Shown here piece after piece: positions 1 to 11,128 of a stretch of DNA of 64,000 nucleotides. A program made the translations under genes and the position numbers. Location: positions 6,262,001 through 6,326,000 of the forward strand of contig NC_135255.1 in assembly GCF_964204865.1 (NCBI RefSeq), given 5' to 3'. The notes under the pieces are model-generated. The model was not told the origin of the DNA. It saw nothing but the letters and a program-made list of their open reading frames with translations, and ran no database searches. Positions within the stretch are counted from its first letter, which is position 1. Each line of letters opens with the position of its first letter. Source of the stretch: Styela clava. Its lineage: Eukaryota.

Positions 1-324
1 CACTTTGCCATTTTTGTAGAAATTTGGGTTGAAACGTACCATTCCAAGACCAGTTGTTAGCAATTTTACTCTGGGGGGCTTTAATGGGTAATTAGGAGGA
101 CAGCGTATGTAAAATAAGAAAAATCCCCCTTCGTAAGGAGTGTCAAAAGGTCCAGTTACTATGGCCTGTAATCGTGTTATATCATCTGGATTAGGTAAGA
201 TGACAACGCCTGGTGGAGGCGCTCTGTATATTTCCAAAATATCTTTCTTCAGTCGGACTATGGTGGTGTGAGATGGAGCTTCATTTCCCCAGTCATGAGA
301 TTGCAGAGGATCCCAGTATGACAT
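1..324 (-). CDS. UBE2Z: Ubiquitin-conjugating enzyme E2 Z, 5' part (runs off the window start)
   Basis: Not in the ORF track. The reverse complement from ATG at 324 reads [108 protein letters not shown]. The WDP...[13 protein letters not shown] and [13 protein letters not shown] segments match UBE2Z as I recall it. A minus-strand acceptor (tttttcAG) lies at 361-360. Confidence 0.93.
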   Translation of the reverse strand, partial: MSYWDPLQSHDWGNEAPSHTTIVRLKKDILEIYRAPPPGVVILPNPDDITRLQAIVTGPFDTPYEGGFFLFYIRCPPNYPLKPPRVKLLTTGLGMVRFNPNFYKNGKV

Positions 325-377
325 AATACACAAAAAATATCTACTATACTGAATAACACCTGAAAAATATAGTGAAA

Positions 378-1160
378 AACAAGAGCTGCTGAGTCAAAGT
401 TCGGATACAGTTTGGTGTGTTTTTATTAATTTTGGAGTCAAAGTCAGAGACATAATTTTAAACTCCTCAAAGTCAAATTTCAGACAGATTCCAAGTACAT
501 TAAAACATCATAAATAACAGTCGGTGCAAACCCCTCTTTTACTTGACGGTCTGAGCCTCTGTATCGACTCAAACGGCAAATTTGCACAGTTCAAAAAAAC
601 TAAAAAATCTAAATCTAAAAAAAAATCTAAAAACTTCACCATTAGATTTCTCGGAAAAAATAATCCAATTTACCAAAGAAAAAAATTATATCGTAGTATT
701 TGAGAGTTTTTAGCAAAAAAAAACGCAATTTGGTCAAGTGACGGCAGACGCACGTCACTATTGATTTAAATTATTAAAAAGCCAATCTTGGTGGATCTTT
801 CAAATCTGCCGTCATGACAGACGTCCTCGTAGAGTGTTCGTTTTATTGAACCAAATGTTGGGACATTTTGGAATCGGAGAACTAATGAAAATACTGCCCT
901 ACTGAAAATAGGACTGTCCTAACTTAAAATGGAATTACACTGTCCCAACTCAAAACGAAATTACTAACACCAAATGGCCAAACTAGGAAGTTGTTCTGTC
1001 AGATCATGTATAGCGGACAATGGACAATTCAAATAGCCTATGTGTGGATCAAAATATTTGCTATGTTCTGAAATAGTTAGATAGTAATAATACAATATGA
1101 ACTACAGACTGACAGACAGACAGAGGACCAAAAGAACTACTTCGTCTTTAAGCGACAATT
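378..1160. mobile_element. Non-autonomous interspersed repeat (Helentron/HINE-like layout)
   Basis: Starts AACAAGAGC and carries a (CAGA)n microsatellite near 1104-1125 close to its end. The block at ~695-885 recurs at ~21920-22110. The family assignment is inference from the layout only. Confidence 0.45.
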
Positions 1161-2733
1161 ACATATAAACGACTAGTCTAAACAATTGCAAAAGTTAAAA
1201 TATATGATAGCCTATTTCAGTATTCAGGTATTTGTTCCTGTGTTGATTCAATTCAGCGATTGCAATGATTACAGGACTAAATTACTGTACCGTACCGTAG
1301 TTATTTTTTGTTTCAAATCATATAATTATCTGGCTGTGCTTACATGTTCCACTTACAGGTTGACGTTTGTTCACTAATTTATGAACGTATCTGAGTATAC
1401 CCTGCCACAACCACCAGTCAGTATGCTATACGTACAGAGTGTAAGCAATAACTTAATATGCTGACAATAAGGTAATATAGTACTGTAGTAAAAAAAGTGC
1501 TAACAAGTTTTATCAAAGAGTTAACAATCAGTTTTAAACACAACAAAAAGAACAGCAAGTATGGGATAAGAAAGAAAATCTGGTACCTATGCGAGTTCGC
1601 CATATTGCAGTATTGAGACAAACTACAGCATCATCAACTACGGCTTCATTTGTATATTAATTCTGGTGATCTCTCATAAATCCTAATTAGATACCGACAA
1701 GTGGTTCAAATTTTCATCAACCAAAGACGGAAGAAATTGTCAGAAGTTTATTACATTCAATTATCTATTTCATATTTGCTGTTTTTGTTAAATCGCCTTC
1801 AAAGTACTGCCCGATTGTGGATCGCGTTTTTCTATGATTGTTTTATTTTTTGATGGGCGGGCACGTACGCTTTTTAAATTTATTTTGAGTTATGCATGTT
1901 TCCCAGGTTTCTCTGCATTTTGTTTTATCCGTTTACTTTTTGTATTGTTCATGTTAGAGAACCAAAATGAATGATTGACAGAGGCATGAATAGGGCCAAG
2001 TTCGATAATACCGGTACTCAGCCAATTGATCAAGCGTGGAATTTGTTTGAAACTTTATTTACAGAATTATCCTCTAAATTCTTATAGATGTATACCGGCC
2101 AAATGTATACCGGTATACATATTTCTGCAGTATTGCTGGTATTGGGTGTTAATGTTACGGTACTGCAGCACTGCATTACGTATGGTACGGTACCGTACTG
2201 CAGTACCACTGTGTTAGATAACTCACATGACTGCATGGTCGCGGATTTTTTTACCATGCCTGAGTATTTTTTTTTTTTCTTTTATGATTCCACAATGTGG
2301 ATTATGCAATAAATAAAAATCATATTTTAATAAATGAATAACAATAATCAGGTTTACATAAATAACAAATGCCTGAGTATTGTTAGGGGTATCTTTATGA
2401 TATCATGGGCTGGTGATCTGACGAGAGGTCATGGTTCGCCTTATGACAGTATGATTAAACCATCTTATCACTTTCCTCTCCCCCGATATAAATATGCAGC
2501 CAAAAAATCCTATCCTATCACACAAAAAATTATTATTTAAGCATTACTGTATTAACACAACGATGAAAATAGTCAAGAAAATACCGCACTTGATATCTTA
2601 CCGCGTATACCTGTATACCGACATCAGCCCCGCGTATCGACGCATCCTTCTATTTCGTTGTCTCCATTTTATTTTACCTCATACACGTGGGGTATGCTCA
2701 AAATAGTTCCACCTCGAGATGGCGCATCAGGGT

Positions 2734-2746
2734 GCTGCCTAGCAAC
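2734..2746 (+). promoter_or_regulatory. Candidate RFX X-box upstream of SPATA45
   Basis: GCTGCC-T-AGCAAC, close to the GTNRCC(N0-3)RGYAAC consensus, about 110 bp upstream of the ATG. Confidence 0.55.
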
Positions 2747-2854
2747 AGACGCTTGTACGAAGGGGTACTCGGTACGCGTCGTGTAGGGTCGTAAAGTTTT
2801 ATAAGCCTGGTCAATTTGATTTACATTTAAAATAGAACACACTTCAACTTCAAG

Positions 2855-3865
2855 ATGAATCAAGAAATGCTATATCAATTGGGAAATTCCCGTGAATCGT
2901 GGTGTGCAGTGGAACTTAACAAATCACAAGACTGGTGTAGATCTGAGAGAAGACATTCAAAAGTAAGGAAGGATGCCCTAATATCGATACTGAAGTCCTA
3001 TTTGCAAAGCAAAGCTTCAACGAAAAAGATAATTTTTTATTTGTCATTGGCTAGCAATCAGTATGTGGTGACGGGACTTCAACGTACCCCAAACTTTATT
3101 TAGGCATGTCAGACTGAGTTGAAAGTCATTATCAGTATAAAGTACTATATAACTTAAATGTTTGTAATATTTTGTTGTGTGTTGAACACCAAATGCCAGA
3201 TAATATAATATTTTAACCAATTGCAGGAAAATTTTGTCAGCACCGTCTTCAATCCGACAGTAAACACCGATTCAGAACCAAGATGTCAGTGGAAAATTGA
3301 TGCTCCTACCCATAGAGAAAAACGCCATTTCTCCTTCGCCAGTAAGTTAGAGCCTCGACTTATACTTTGCTCATTAAATTAGAATATAGTAAAGATGACT
3401 GCATGCAATAGGGTTTTCACGGAATTACTCAAAAAATATTGATGATTCAATTTGAATCTAAATTTTGGGTGTAACTCCTAATAAATGTTCTATTCCAATT
3501 TAATGGCTATGCGTTAAAATAAGTCAACAGTTGTCGCCTGTAATCCTCGTGTGTCTCGATTATATTTGAAAATTACACTTTTTGTTCGAATATATTCAAT
3601 ACAAAACATATTAGCAAAACATTTAGTTTCTTTAATGTAGCTACAGTTTTATTTTATCTATTCTATGTATGAAAAATGATAAATAGTATATATATTCAAT
3701 TTAAATATAAAAAAAATACGTTGTAGACCAAATTAAGAACAATCTTTAAATTGAAAAAATGGCGCTAAATAGCGCGACTCAATTAGCGCTACAGACATAA
3801 TTTATGACTCTTTTCAAATAAAATAATTCATTTATCTTTTTGTAGATGCTAATCAGCTGAAGTGA
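2855..3865 (+). CDS. SPATA45: SPATA45-like small sperm/ciliary protein, 3 exons, 80 aa
   Basis: Exons 2855-2962, 3227-3341, 3846-3865, all GT-AG with consistent phases (243 nt). Protein MNQEMLYQLGNSRESWCAVELNKSQDWCRSERRHSKENFVSTVFNPTVNTDSEPRCQWKIDAPTHREKRHFSFANANQLK. It shares RESxCxVE, an R..RH segment, RxxW and a C-terminal HxExxHF with vertebrate SPATA45 (recognised from memory). Confidence 0.82.
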
Positions 3866-4290
3866 AGATTCCCATTGCATGCGTATATTAGCTGTCGTAT
3901 ACATCGACTCGAATCATTTCTATAGTTTTTGCTGTTATTTACCTATTGGTGTTTGAGAATAATTTGCCATATCTTGCTATAATGATTATAGTTTAGCTTT
4001 TAGTTCGCCATCTATAAATTGTTGTATATTAGTTTACCTAAATGTGTTGCTTCGATAGCCTATTTATTTTCGTGCCATATTTTAAATTATAATTTTATAC
4101 TGCTAATATGCTCTGTGCATTTCACTAATAGAGAATATTAAGTTAAGTGTTTCTGTTGATATGATTGCTCTCTGTAAAACGAGCATTGATTTTATAGCAG
4201 AAATCAAAAGAGTTTGCCAATTAGAAATAAACTCTTTCCCGACACCTATACGCAGCACTATTGGGCCCATGGCCAGTGGCGTGCCTAGAG

Positions 4291-6758
4291 TAAAGATGCT
4301 AAGTATGACTACTTACACGTATTCGATTCTTATCCGATTCCTAAATTTTTGATTCCGATTCTCGATTCCTCGACATATCTTGCCGAGAAAACATACCCAC
4401 TTAACCGCTTGAACCCGGCAAGCCGGTTTACCGGCTTGTTTGAGTACGCTCTGTGCCCCGGCAAGCCGGTTTACCGGCTTGTTTTTCGTGTCGGAAGGAA
4501 TCAACTTTATGATCTCGTATCTCAAGAACCACAATGAGTATTTAAATAAATTTTAGATTGCATGAAAGCTTGTTATTGGGACTAATTATATTGTAAATAT
4601 CGGTGCTCTAATATACGATGTTTCAGTAAAATTAGCAATTTGAAAGTGCGTATGAAATTATTGTATGATAACAAATATTTAATATAAAGAATTTCGACTT
4701 TTTGCCTAAATAGCCACATATTCAATCGGCAATATATGTGGAGAATTTGAATAGCTTTTTATATACGTATCCAAAACGATTTTACGATGAGCCATTCAAA
4801 TTTTATGGCCAAATATATTAGATTATCTGTAGATTTAACAGTGACGCTGCGTCAAAATGATGTACTCATTGAAGAGAGGCTACGTCTCGTCACGTACAAC
4901 TTTACGTATATTACGCAAATGCAACTAAACGTGACGATATCCGCAATAACGTTACGTCGAGATGTTATTATTTAAATGTCCGCAGATAGTAATTAATTAA
5001 CCCGATGCTACACATTCAAAATTCGCACTACGCTTTGACTTTGACTGCCCGCTCAAGCCCCATTAAGTTTTGGTTACGTATACGCAATATGAACAAGATT
5101 GTGATTTTATTAGCAAATAACGGAACAATAAAAACTATCAAAAATGTATGTACATAAAAGACTGCTTGCTAAAATTTTTAAATTGAATATTGCACTTTGT
5201 TGTGCCCGGAACAATGAAGAACATGAAAATACTATGCAGATAAAAGACACATTCTAAATCCAATATTGCACTTTGTTGTGCCAGTTATACCTATGGTTGT
5301 TGGTTTCGTTATCTATACATAGGTACTCATTACAGAATTTGTACTTATATACTGTCTCGCATCGTTTCAGCAACGCTTTGTCTTTATCAGCTGGATTGGT
5401 TTTTTGGCAATAATGTAAATTTTGCTGCATACGACGCATCTATTATTAGAACTGGCATTTTGCGGTAGGGTATCTAGTTCTGGCGACGTATATGATCTTG
5501 TTGGAATAAGAGTTGCTCTTTCTGCATTATTAGTTCTCTCAGATATTGATCCATCCACTTGCTTCGCCTAACATTCGTACAATCAGATATTTTGATCTGC
5601 AGAGCAGGAAAGTACTTATTTTGGTTGATATTTGAACAAATACTGATGGGCGAATAAAACATTTTCCACGTGAAATTTTATATGACGATATTAACTTCAC
5701 TTCGCTATTACTGCACGCATTACTCGACGTCGGTACTTCAATCCATACAGGGTTAATATCATATCGAAACTCGGCGACCGATGACCCGCTGAGAACGTCG
5801 TCGTGAAAGTTATCTTGCGCATTTTGCCACGCAATACGTTTCGAACGTACGAATCAACATCTTCATGACGGTAGTCACGTGATCGACTTTTGCGTAGCTG
5901 CGTAATCAGTGCGTCATGGCCGCTTATCGAAGTTGTTCACCCGACACAATGATACACAATTAAATATTTAAATATAAAATTGGTTATATGGCAGCCACAA
6001 TAATAATTCGAATATCAACAAAAAGCTTATAAAAAACTCTTTATGAACATCAAATATTGGCGGTATATTTTTTACCAAAATAACAAAATTTCAAGCCAAA
6101 ACTCACATACATGCAGAAAAATCACTGTTAGATTAGGATCAATTTTATTAATTTTGACAAAATGTATTTCGAAATGGAAAATACATTCTGAATGCACGAT
6201 AAAATTTCCTTTCGATTGAAATGTCACACAACGTGCTACCTATAATTGGTAAAAAATTATAAGCGTGCCAAATAGCCAGTATTCAGACTTATTTTATTGT
6301 TCTACCAATACGGCGCCGCGAACCTTCAGGGTGAGCGAGTAACTTCGCTCAGAGCCGTCAGAGTTCAATACTATATGAAATCAAACACGGGAGCTATGTT
6401 CAAATATGTGGAAGGATAAAATTAAGTAGTATGAATATTTAATCTGTCACAGTAGACAAAATCGCACAAAAAAAAACGAATTCCTGAGAACCCATAGAGA
6501 CTTTTGAAATAAATAAACGTAAAAACCTTTTAGCCAAAAATACATATATATATAGTGAAGTTTGCGACGTCGTAGCAACTCAGCATAGCAGTAAATCAGT
6601 AGCCTACATAGCCTATATGTGAAGGACTTGCCATAAAACGTTGTTTGCAATCCAAATGTAATCCTAAGAATCGATTCCAATGCATCGGAATTGATTCTAG
6701 TCGATTCCGCGGAGAATCGATTCTGTAATCAAAACCAGACTTGATTCCGCCATCGCTA
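4291..6758. mobile_element. Second hAT-like element inserted 17 bp inside the first
   Basis: Ends TAAAGATG...CATCGCTA, clusters of GATTC subterminal repeats at both ends (4320-4370, 6665-6750), and a duplicated CCTAGAG flank on both sides. The TIR and TSD are imperfect. Confidence 0.55.
5254..5480 (-). pseudogene. piggyBac transposase C-terminal Cys-rich domain relic (frameshifted)
   Basis: Joining the two overlapping minus ORFs across an A-run gives NNRCVVCSK...KRCETVYKYKFCNEYLCIDNE...WHNKVQYWI*. This resembles the RCxVC...TxYxCxxCxxxLC...H cross-brace zinc finger of piggyBac transposases, with two Cys lost. TTAA-CCC (4997-5003), GGG-TTAA (5750-5756) and TTAA-CCG (4401-4407) lie nearby. Confidence 0.65.
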
Positions 6759-7925
6759 GGCCCTAGAGGGGGACGAGAGGGACAGCTGCCCCGGGCACCA
6801 CGTTGTGAGGGCAGCAGAACCAAGCTGTAGAGTTTACGTTATTACACTTGTTTTTCTCGATGTGTTTTTATCTGATTAAAAGCTGACAGTAGTCTCGTGT
6901 GATTGACTGCGGTGATGATGAGTCAACAATGTATGTTTTCCCGACCGTTGACCCAAAAAAATTCTTTCTATATTTCACAATTGCAACATTTTTATGGCTC
7001 ATTTTGATAGTGGTTTCGAGAGTTGACGCCTCAAACTGGTTAATATGTCCCAAACAATCATTTCAATTCAAAATATTCAACCCTGTTATTTAAAAGTACC
7101 GATGTCAAATTAGCGGCTGTCAAGTTTATCTTTGACTAGCACCGAAAAGAAATTCCTGACGAGCGAGGTGGAGGAGGCTGTCGTTCAGACATTTGTTGGC
7201 AGCAAAGTAGCGATTAGACATAAGTTTGAGTTTGTTGTTTATTTAGTTTAATGATTTATTCAGTAAAACAAACGTTTCTTTCTTACTTGACTTTTGATTT
7301 ATTTGGTCTCATGTATAACGACATCTATAAACTCTTTGACCCCCGAATTAATAATATTAATTATTTTTTTGAGTTAAGAATAAGGGGCGTTATAATCAAA
7401 AGCTCTCCCGGGACAGCAGAAAAGTTTGGCACGCCCCTGCCCATGACTAGTGTGTAAGGTAGTTTATTCCTAGCAGTTTGCCATTACAGCTGTAGCGTAG
7501 GCTATGTACGATTTAACGTCCAAATGAACATAGGCTAAAAGAACTGCAGGATAATAATTTATTGAAACGCCTAATTTAAGGATTAATCTGCGCACGTAAT
7601 GTAGTAACGTTTGTGCAAAAGGAAATTGATATGTGTAATTGATATGCACGCTTCGGACTTTCGAATTTAAGTTTTATCTGCACCCATGCCTTTCGATATT
7701 TACTGATCGTGTTAAAATTCCCAACAATAGAAATCCAAAACGCCTCGTGTCTATAACCGGAAGTGGAAATAGCTATTGATCTGGTTGAGTCACATATACC
7801 GTATATTCTTGAAATATTGCTAACACAAGCTTACAGAAACATATGCGTCATGCAAAATAGACTATACCATAGGCGACGAGAAGGAATTGAAAAACAGTGA
7901 TTTTTATGAAAGAAGGGCAAACAGC

Positions 7926-8864
7926 ATGTTGGAAATACATCCTAAAATTAGTTTGAAAGGGAAGGAAAGATGGCGAACGTCAAAGCGAAATATAAAATGG
8001 TATTTTTTGTTAGCAATCGTTGTTTTTATATTTTTCTGGACTTTCGTAAAAATGCGAAAATTAGAATGGTCGCCGTCGATTCAAAATAGTGTATCTGTGA
8101 AATATGGAGGATATGAGAACATTCGCGGATCATCGCCATTGAAATTGCGTTGCACTACTTGTGCTCTTGTCACCAACTCCGGGCACACAATCGGATCGTA
8201 CTTGGGGCGTCAAATAGATCAAACCGATTGCGTATTTCGGTTGAATCGAGCTCCCGTTACAGATTACGACGATGACGTGGGGAGCAAAACTACAATACGC
8301 GTGGTGTCAATGAGAAATCTTAATGCAACTTTAAGCAACGAAGCTCTCAGAAAATCACTTGGTGATGTTGTTATAGTGTACAGCAGACATAAGAAAAGTG
8401 AACATGCTGTCGCCCAGAACAAAGTTCGGCGTTTGATTTCCGAAAATAATATCGAGGCATCTATTTTTATGATAACGGATGAAACACTGAAGATAATAGA
8501 TGGAACATTTCGTGACCATGTTTATTTGGGATCGAATAAGGCAATTACAACAAAAAACTTGCCAACGACAGGGTTTACTGCCTTTACAACTGCAATGGAA
8601 ATATGTCAAAACCGGTTGGACATTTATGGTATGGTCCCCCCATATCACTGCTTGAAATATATGAATACATATGATGCTCCATACAGCTATTTTCCCCCAG
8701 GAAACCAAATTCCAAGCTGCAAAAGAGAGAATAGTTATGGGAAGCGCTATGCAAGTTCACATATTTTCACGGAGGAAGCCATAGCTATTCGGGATTTAAC
8801 ACAAGACTGCAGTGAAGTCAGATTTTTCTCTCCAGACTGGAAGAAAAGACTGAGTGAGCAGTAA
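7926..8864 (+). CDS. Alpha-2,6-sialyltransferase-like, GT29, ST6GalNAc III-VI type; single exon, 312 aa
   Basis: Type II transmembrane segment WYFLLAIVVFIFFWTFV. Sialylmotif L CTTCALVTNSG...IDQTDCVFRLNRAP...DVGSKTTIRVVS, motif S PTTGFTAFTTAMEICQNRLDIYGMV, motif VS HIFTEE. First in-frame ATG is at 7926 (the track starts at TTG 7887). AATAAA near 8964. Confidence 0.9.
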   Translation: MLEIHPKISLKGKERWRTSKRNIKWYFLLAIVVFIFFWTFVKMRKLEWSPSIQNSVSVKYGGYENIRGSSPLKLRCTTCALVTNSGHTIGSYLGRQIDQTDCVFRLNRAPVTDYDDDVGSKTTIRVVSMRNLNATLSNEALRKSLGDVVIVYSRHKKSEHAVAQNKVRRLISENNIEASIFMITDETLKIIDGTFRDHVYLGSNKAITTKNLPTTGFTAFTTAMEICQNRLDIYGMVPPYHCLKYMNTYDAPYSYFPPGNQIPSCKRENSYGKRYASSHIFTEEAIAIRDLTQDCSEVRFFSPDWKKRLSEQ

Positions 8865-9414
8865 CCGTCTCACGGGATGGCCATTGACTGGCGAACAAGG
8901 CATCTCGCGAGCATATAAAATTTTGTACTGTCCCAAATGACAATTAATCGACCTTAAACTAAATAATAAACGGAACTCGGAGACTCTAAGTCCATTTTAT
9001 AATTTGCAATATTTATCCTTTTCCTTAATCCGATTTTGGATGCACTGTGATGTTCATGTTATTATTATTCTTTACATATTTCAAATACCGCATTTATTAT
9101 ATTATCATCAAGCGATATCGAATAATAAAAAAAACATTTTGACAGTAATATTGTGTTGGGGCTTCAAAAGTTTGCAGTTAGACCACCACGCACGTCAGAG
9201 CTAGAGCTGGGTGTCTTGAAACAATGATCCTGTACGTCGAAACGGAGAGGTTTAGACATTCGGAAACGCGTATTATGACGTCATATAGAATGCTAACGGA
9301 AATCGTCAAGGTATCACCTTTTGAACCAATGAAAAATACATCATTTTTGTCGAAATTATTGCAGATGTGTATGGCTTCGCTGGTTGAGAACATTCCGTGG
9401 CATGGGATAGAGTA

Positions 9415-9665
9415 GCAAACAATAATATCGGTCAGAGACTGAAGACTACCTTGTGTCTCATCACTAATTAATTAATAACCCGCTAATTATACGACATAAT
9501 TCATCCAAAATCAATAGGCTTCTGGTCCGACATATGATGAATGCACATGCAAAATTTGGAGCAGATTAAACCTCGCTTTCGTGAGATACCGCGTGCATCT
9601 AACAGACAAACAGACCTATCAATACCTATCAACATACTTACCGATTAAAATTGATAAGTAATAAG
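9415..9665. repeat. Interspersed repeat with (CAGA)-rich end, same layout as 378-1160
   Basis: Begins AACAAT.., contains CATGCAAAATTTGG and ends in CAGACAAACAGAC plus a short terminal segment. Confidence 0.4.
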
Positions 9666-11128
9666 ACCAACAACTACATGAGATTCTATGCTAGTAACAT
9701 TGATCCACTTACATAGTAACGTGATAATAATTTGTCACAGCTTGACCTTAAATATCTGTTAGTTCCATCCATCTAAACTCCCTGAAAAAGAGTCTCACTG
9801 CAGACCATACAGCTAGAAAATTGAGATCTGACTAAACAGGCAAACGCGTAGAAGTTTTTGAAGGAAGTGCTAATTTGAGACCGCGTGACATAATTAATCA
9901 GGGGAAAGTGGCTACCTTCTTCTAACGTTTTTCTAATTGTTCACCAGTTTTCTTTCATTTACATGTACAAACTTGAACTGTTTACGTATTTTTCTCGTGC
10001 TATTTGTTCACTGTTTTGTCGTCAACTAAAACCGTTCGGAAAAAAATAACCTGCACGAGGTGCGTTGTATTATCATTTCATATTCTCGAATTAGCTTCAA
10101 GTGCTTTCTTTTTCGTGGATTTAATCCTTGGAAATATCTGATATTTTACAATGAACTCGATAATGGTGCCATGTTTTACTGTTTGTGACAAACTTGTAGG
10201 AATTGTGTTTCGTTTTGATTCGGAGATAAAATTTCGTTTCGATTTTGAAACACCAAATAGAAATTTATTTTAAAAATTCCGCGTAATTTTCTTTCAGCTA
10301 TATATTAACTTCTCTCGCGAAAAACAATCATGAAAAAAAGCTCGTAGTCTACTCAGGTTCGCTTACAAATCCTTTCGAACTCCTTTCGCATTTTCTCGGT
10401 TGCATTGTATGCAGATTGATTCGAACCATTCGAAAAAACGAAAAAAATGAAAACTATATAATCAGACACACGCCGATAATCAGAACTATACCATTTATGG
10501 TTAGAAAAAGTGATTTTTTACGCTATCGCCAACAATTTTGCAAATATATATGTACGCTACGTATTCTTTTCAAACTAATTTCTAATTAGATTTTTTTTCT
10601 GATATAAGATAATACCAGCATGTTTGTTCCATTATGTTTTACATCACTATTTGCATGATCGCTGGCAGATAGAGTTACCACAAAAATAAAAAATAAATTT
10701 TCACCTAATATAAAGAAACGAGGAAGATCAATATATACGACGTTTACACGAGTACGTGAATATTTATTCGTGTTTAGCTGTCTATGTGCTGTACCACGAG
10801 CCACGTAATAGTAATCATAATGTCTCAACGAGCGCAATCATATAATGTAATTTATCTTCGATAAATGTTTTGAAAGAGTTGTAAAAAGCCTAATTTGAAT
10901 CATTCATAAATTTAAAAATGAAATAATGCAGTTGGCAAGCAGAATCGTATGAATAGTGTTATTATTTCTTTGCCAAGTATGCGCATTGCCTGAGGCCTAG
11001 TTAGGTACATGCGTCGTCCTTTCTGCCTTACGTTAGATGCCGGAATACTTCTAACGTAAACCGGTTGTAACGCTTGTACATGTGAACGATTAGACGTAAA
11101 CAATGAATTCAGATTATTGGCAGTTCAG

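Larger units (their letters stand above)
4274..7439. mobile_element. hAT-type non-autonomous element (outer member of a nest)
   Basis: Terminal inverted repeats (TIRs) CAGTGGCGTGCC (4274) and GGCACGCCCCTG (ends 7439). 8-bp TSD CCCATGGC (4266-4273) / CCCATGAC (7440-7447) with one mismatch. Confidence 0.8.

Noticed and set aside
1418-1621. Upstream coding exon of UBE2Z
   Set aside because: The candidate donor gives phase 2, whereas the acceptor before the UBE2Z exon needs phase 1. At most it is a non-coding exon.
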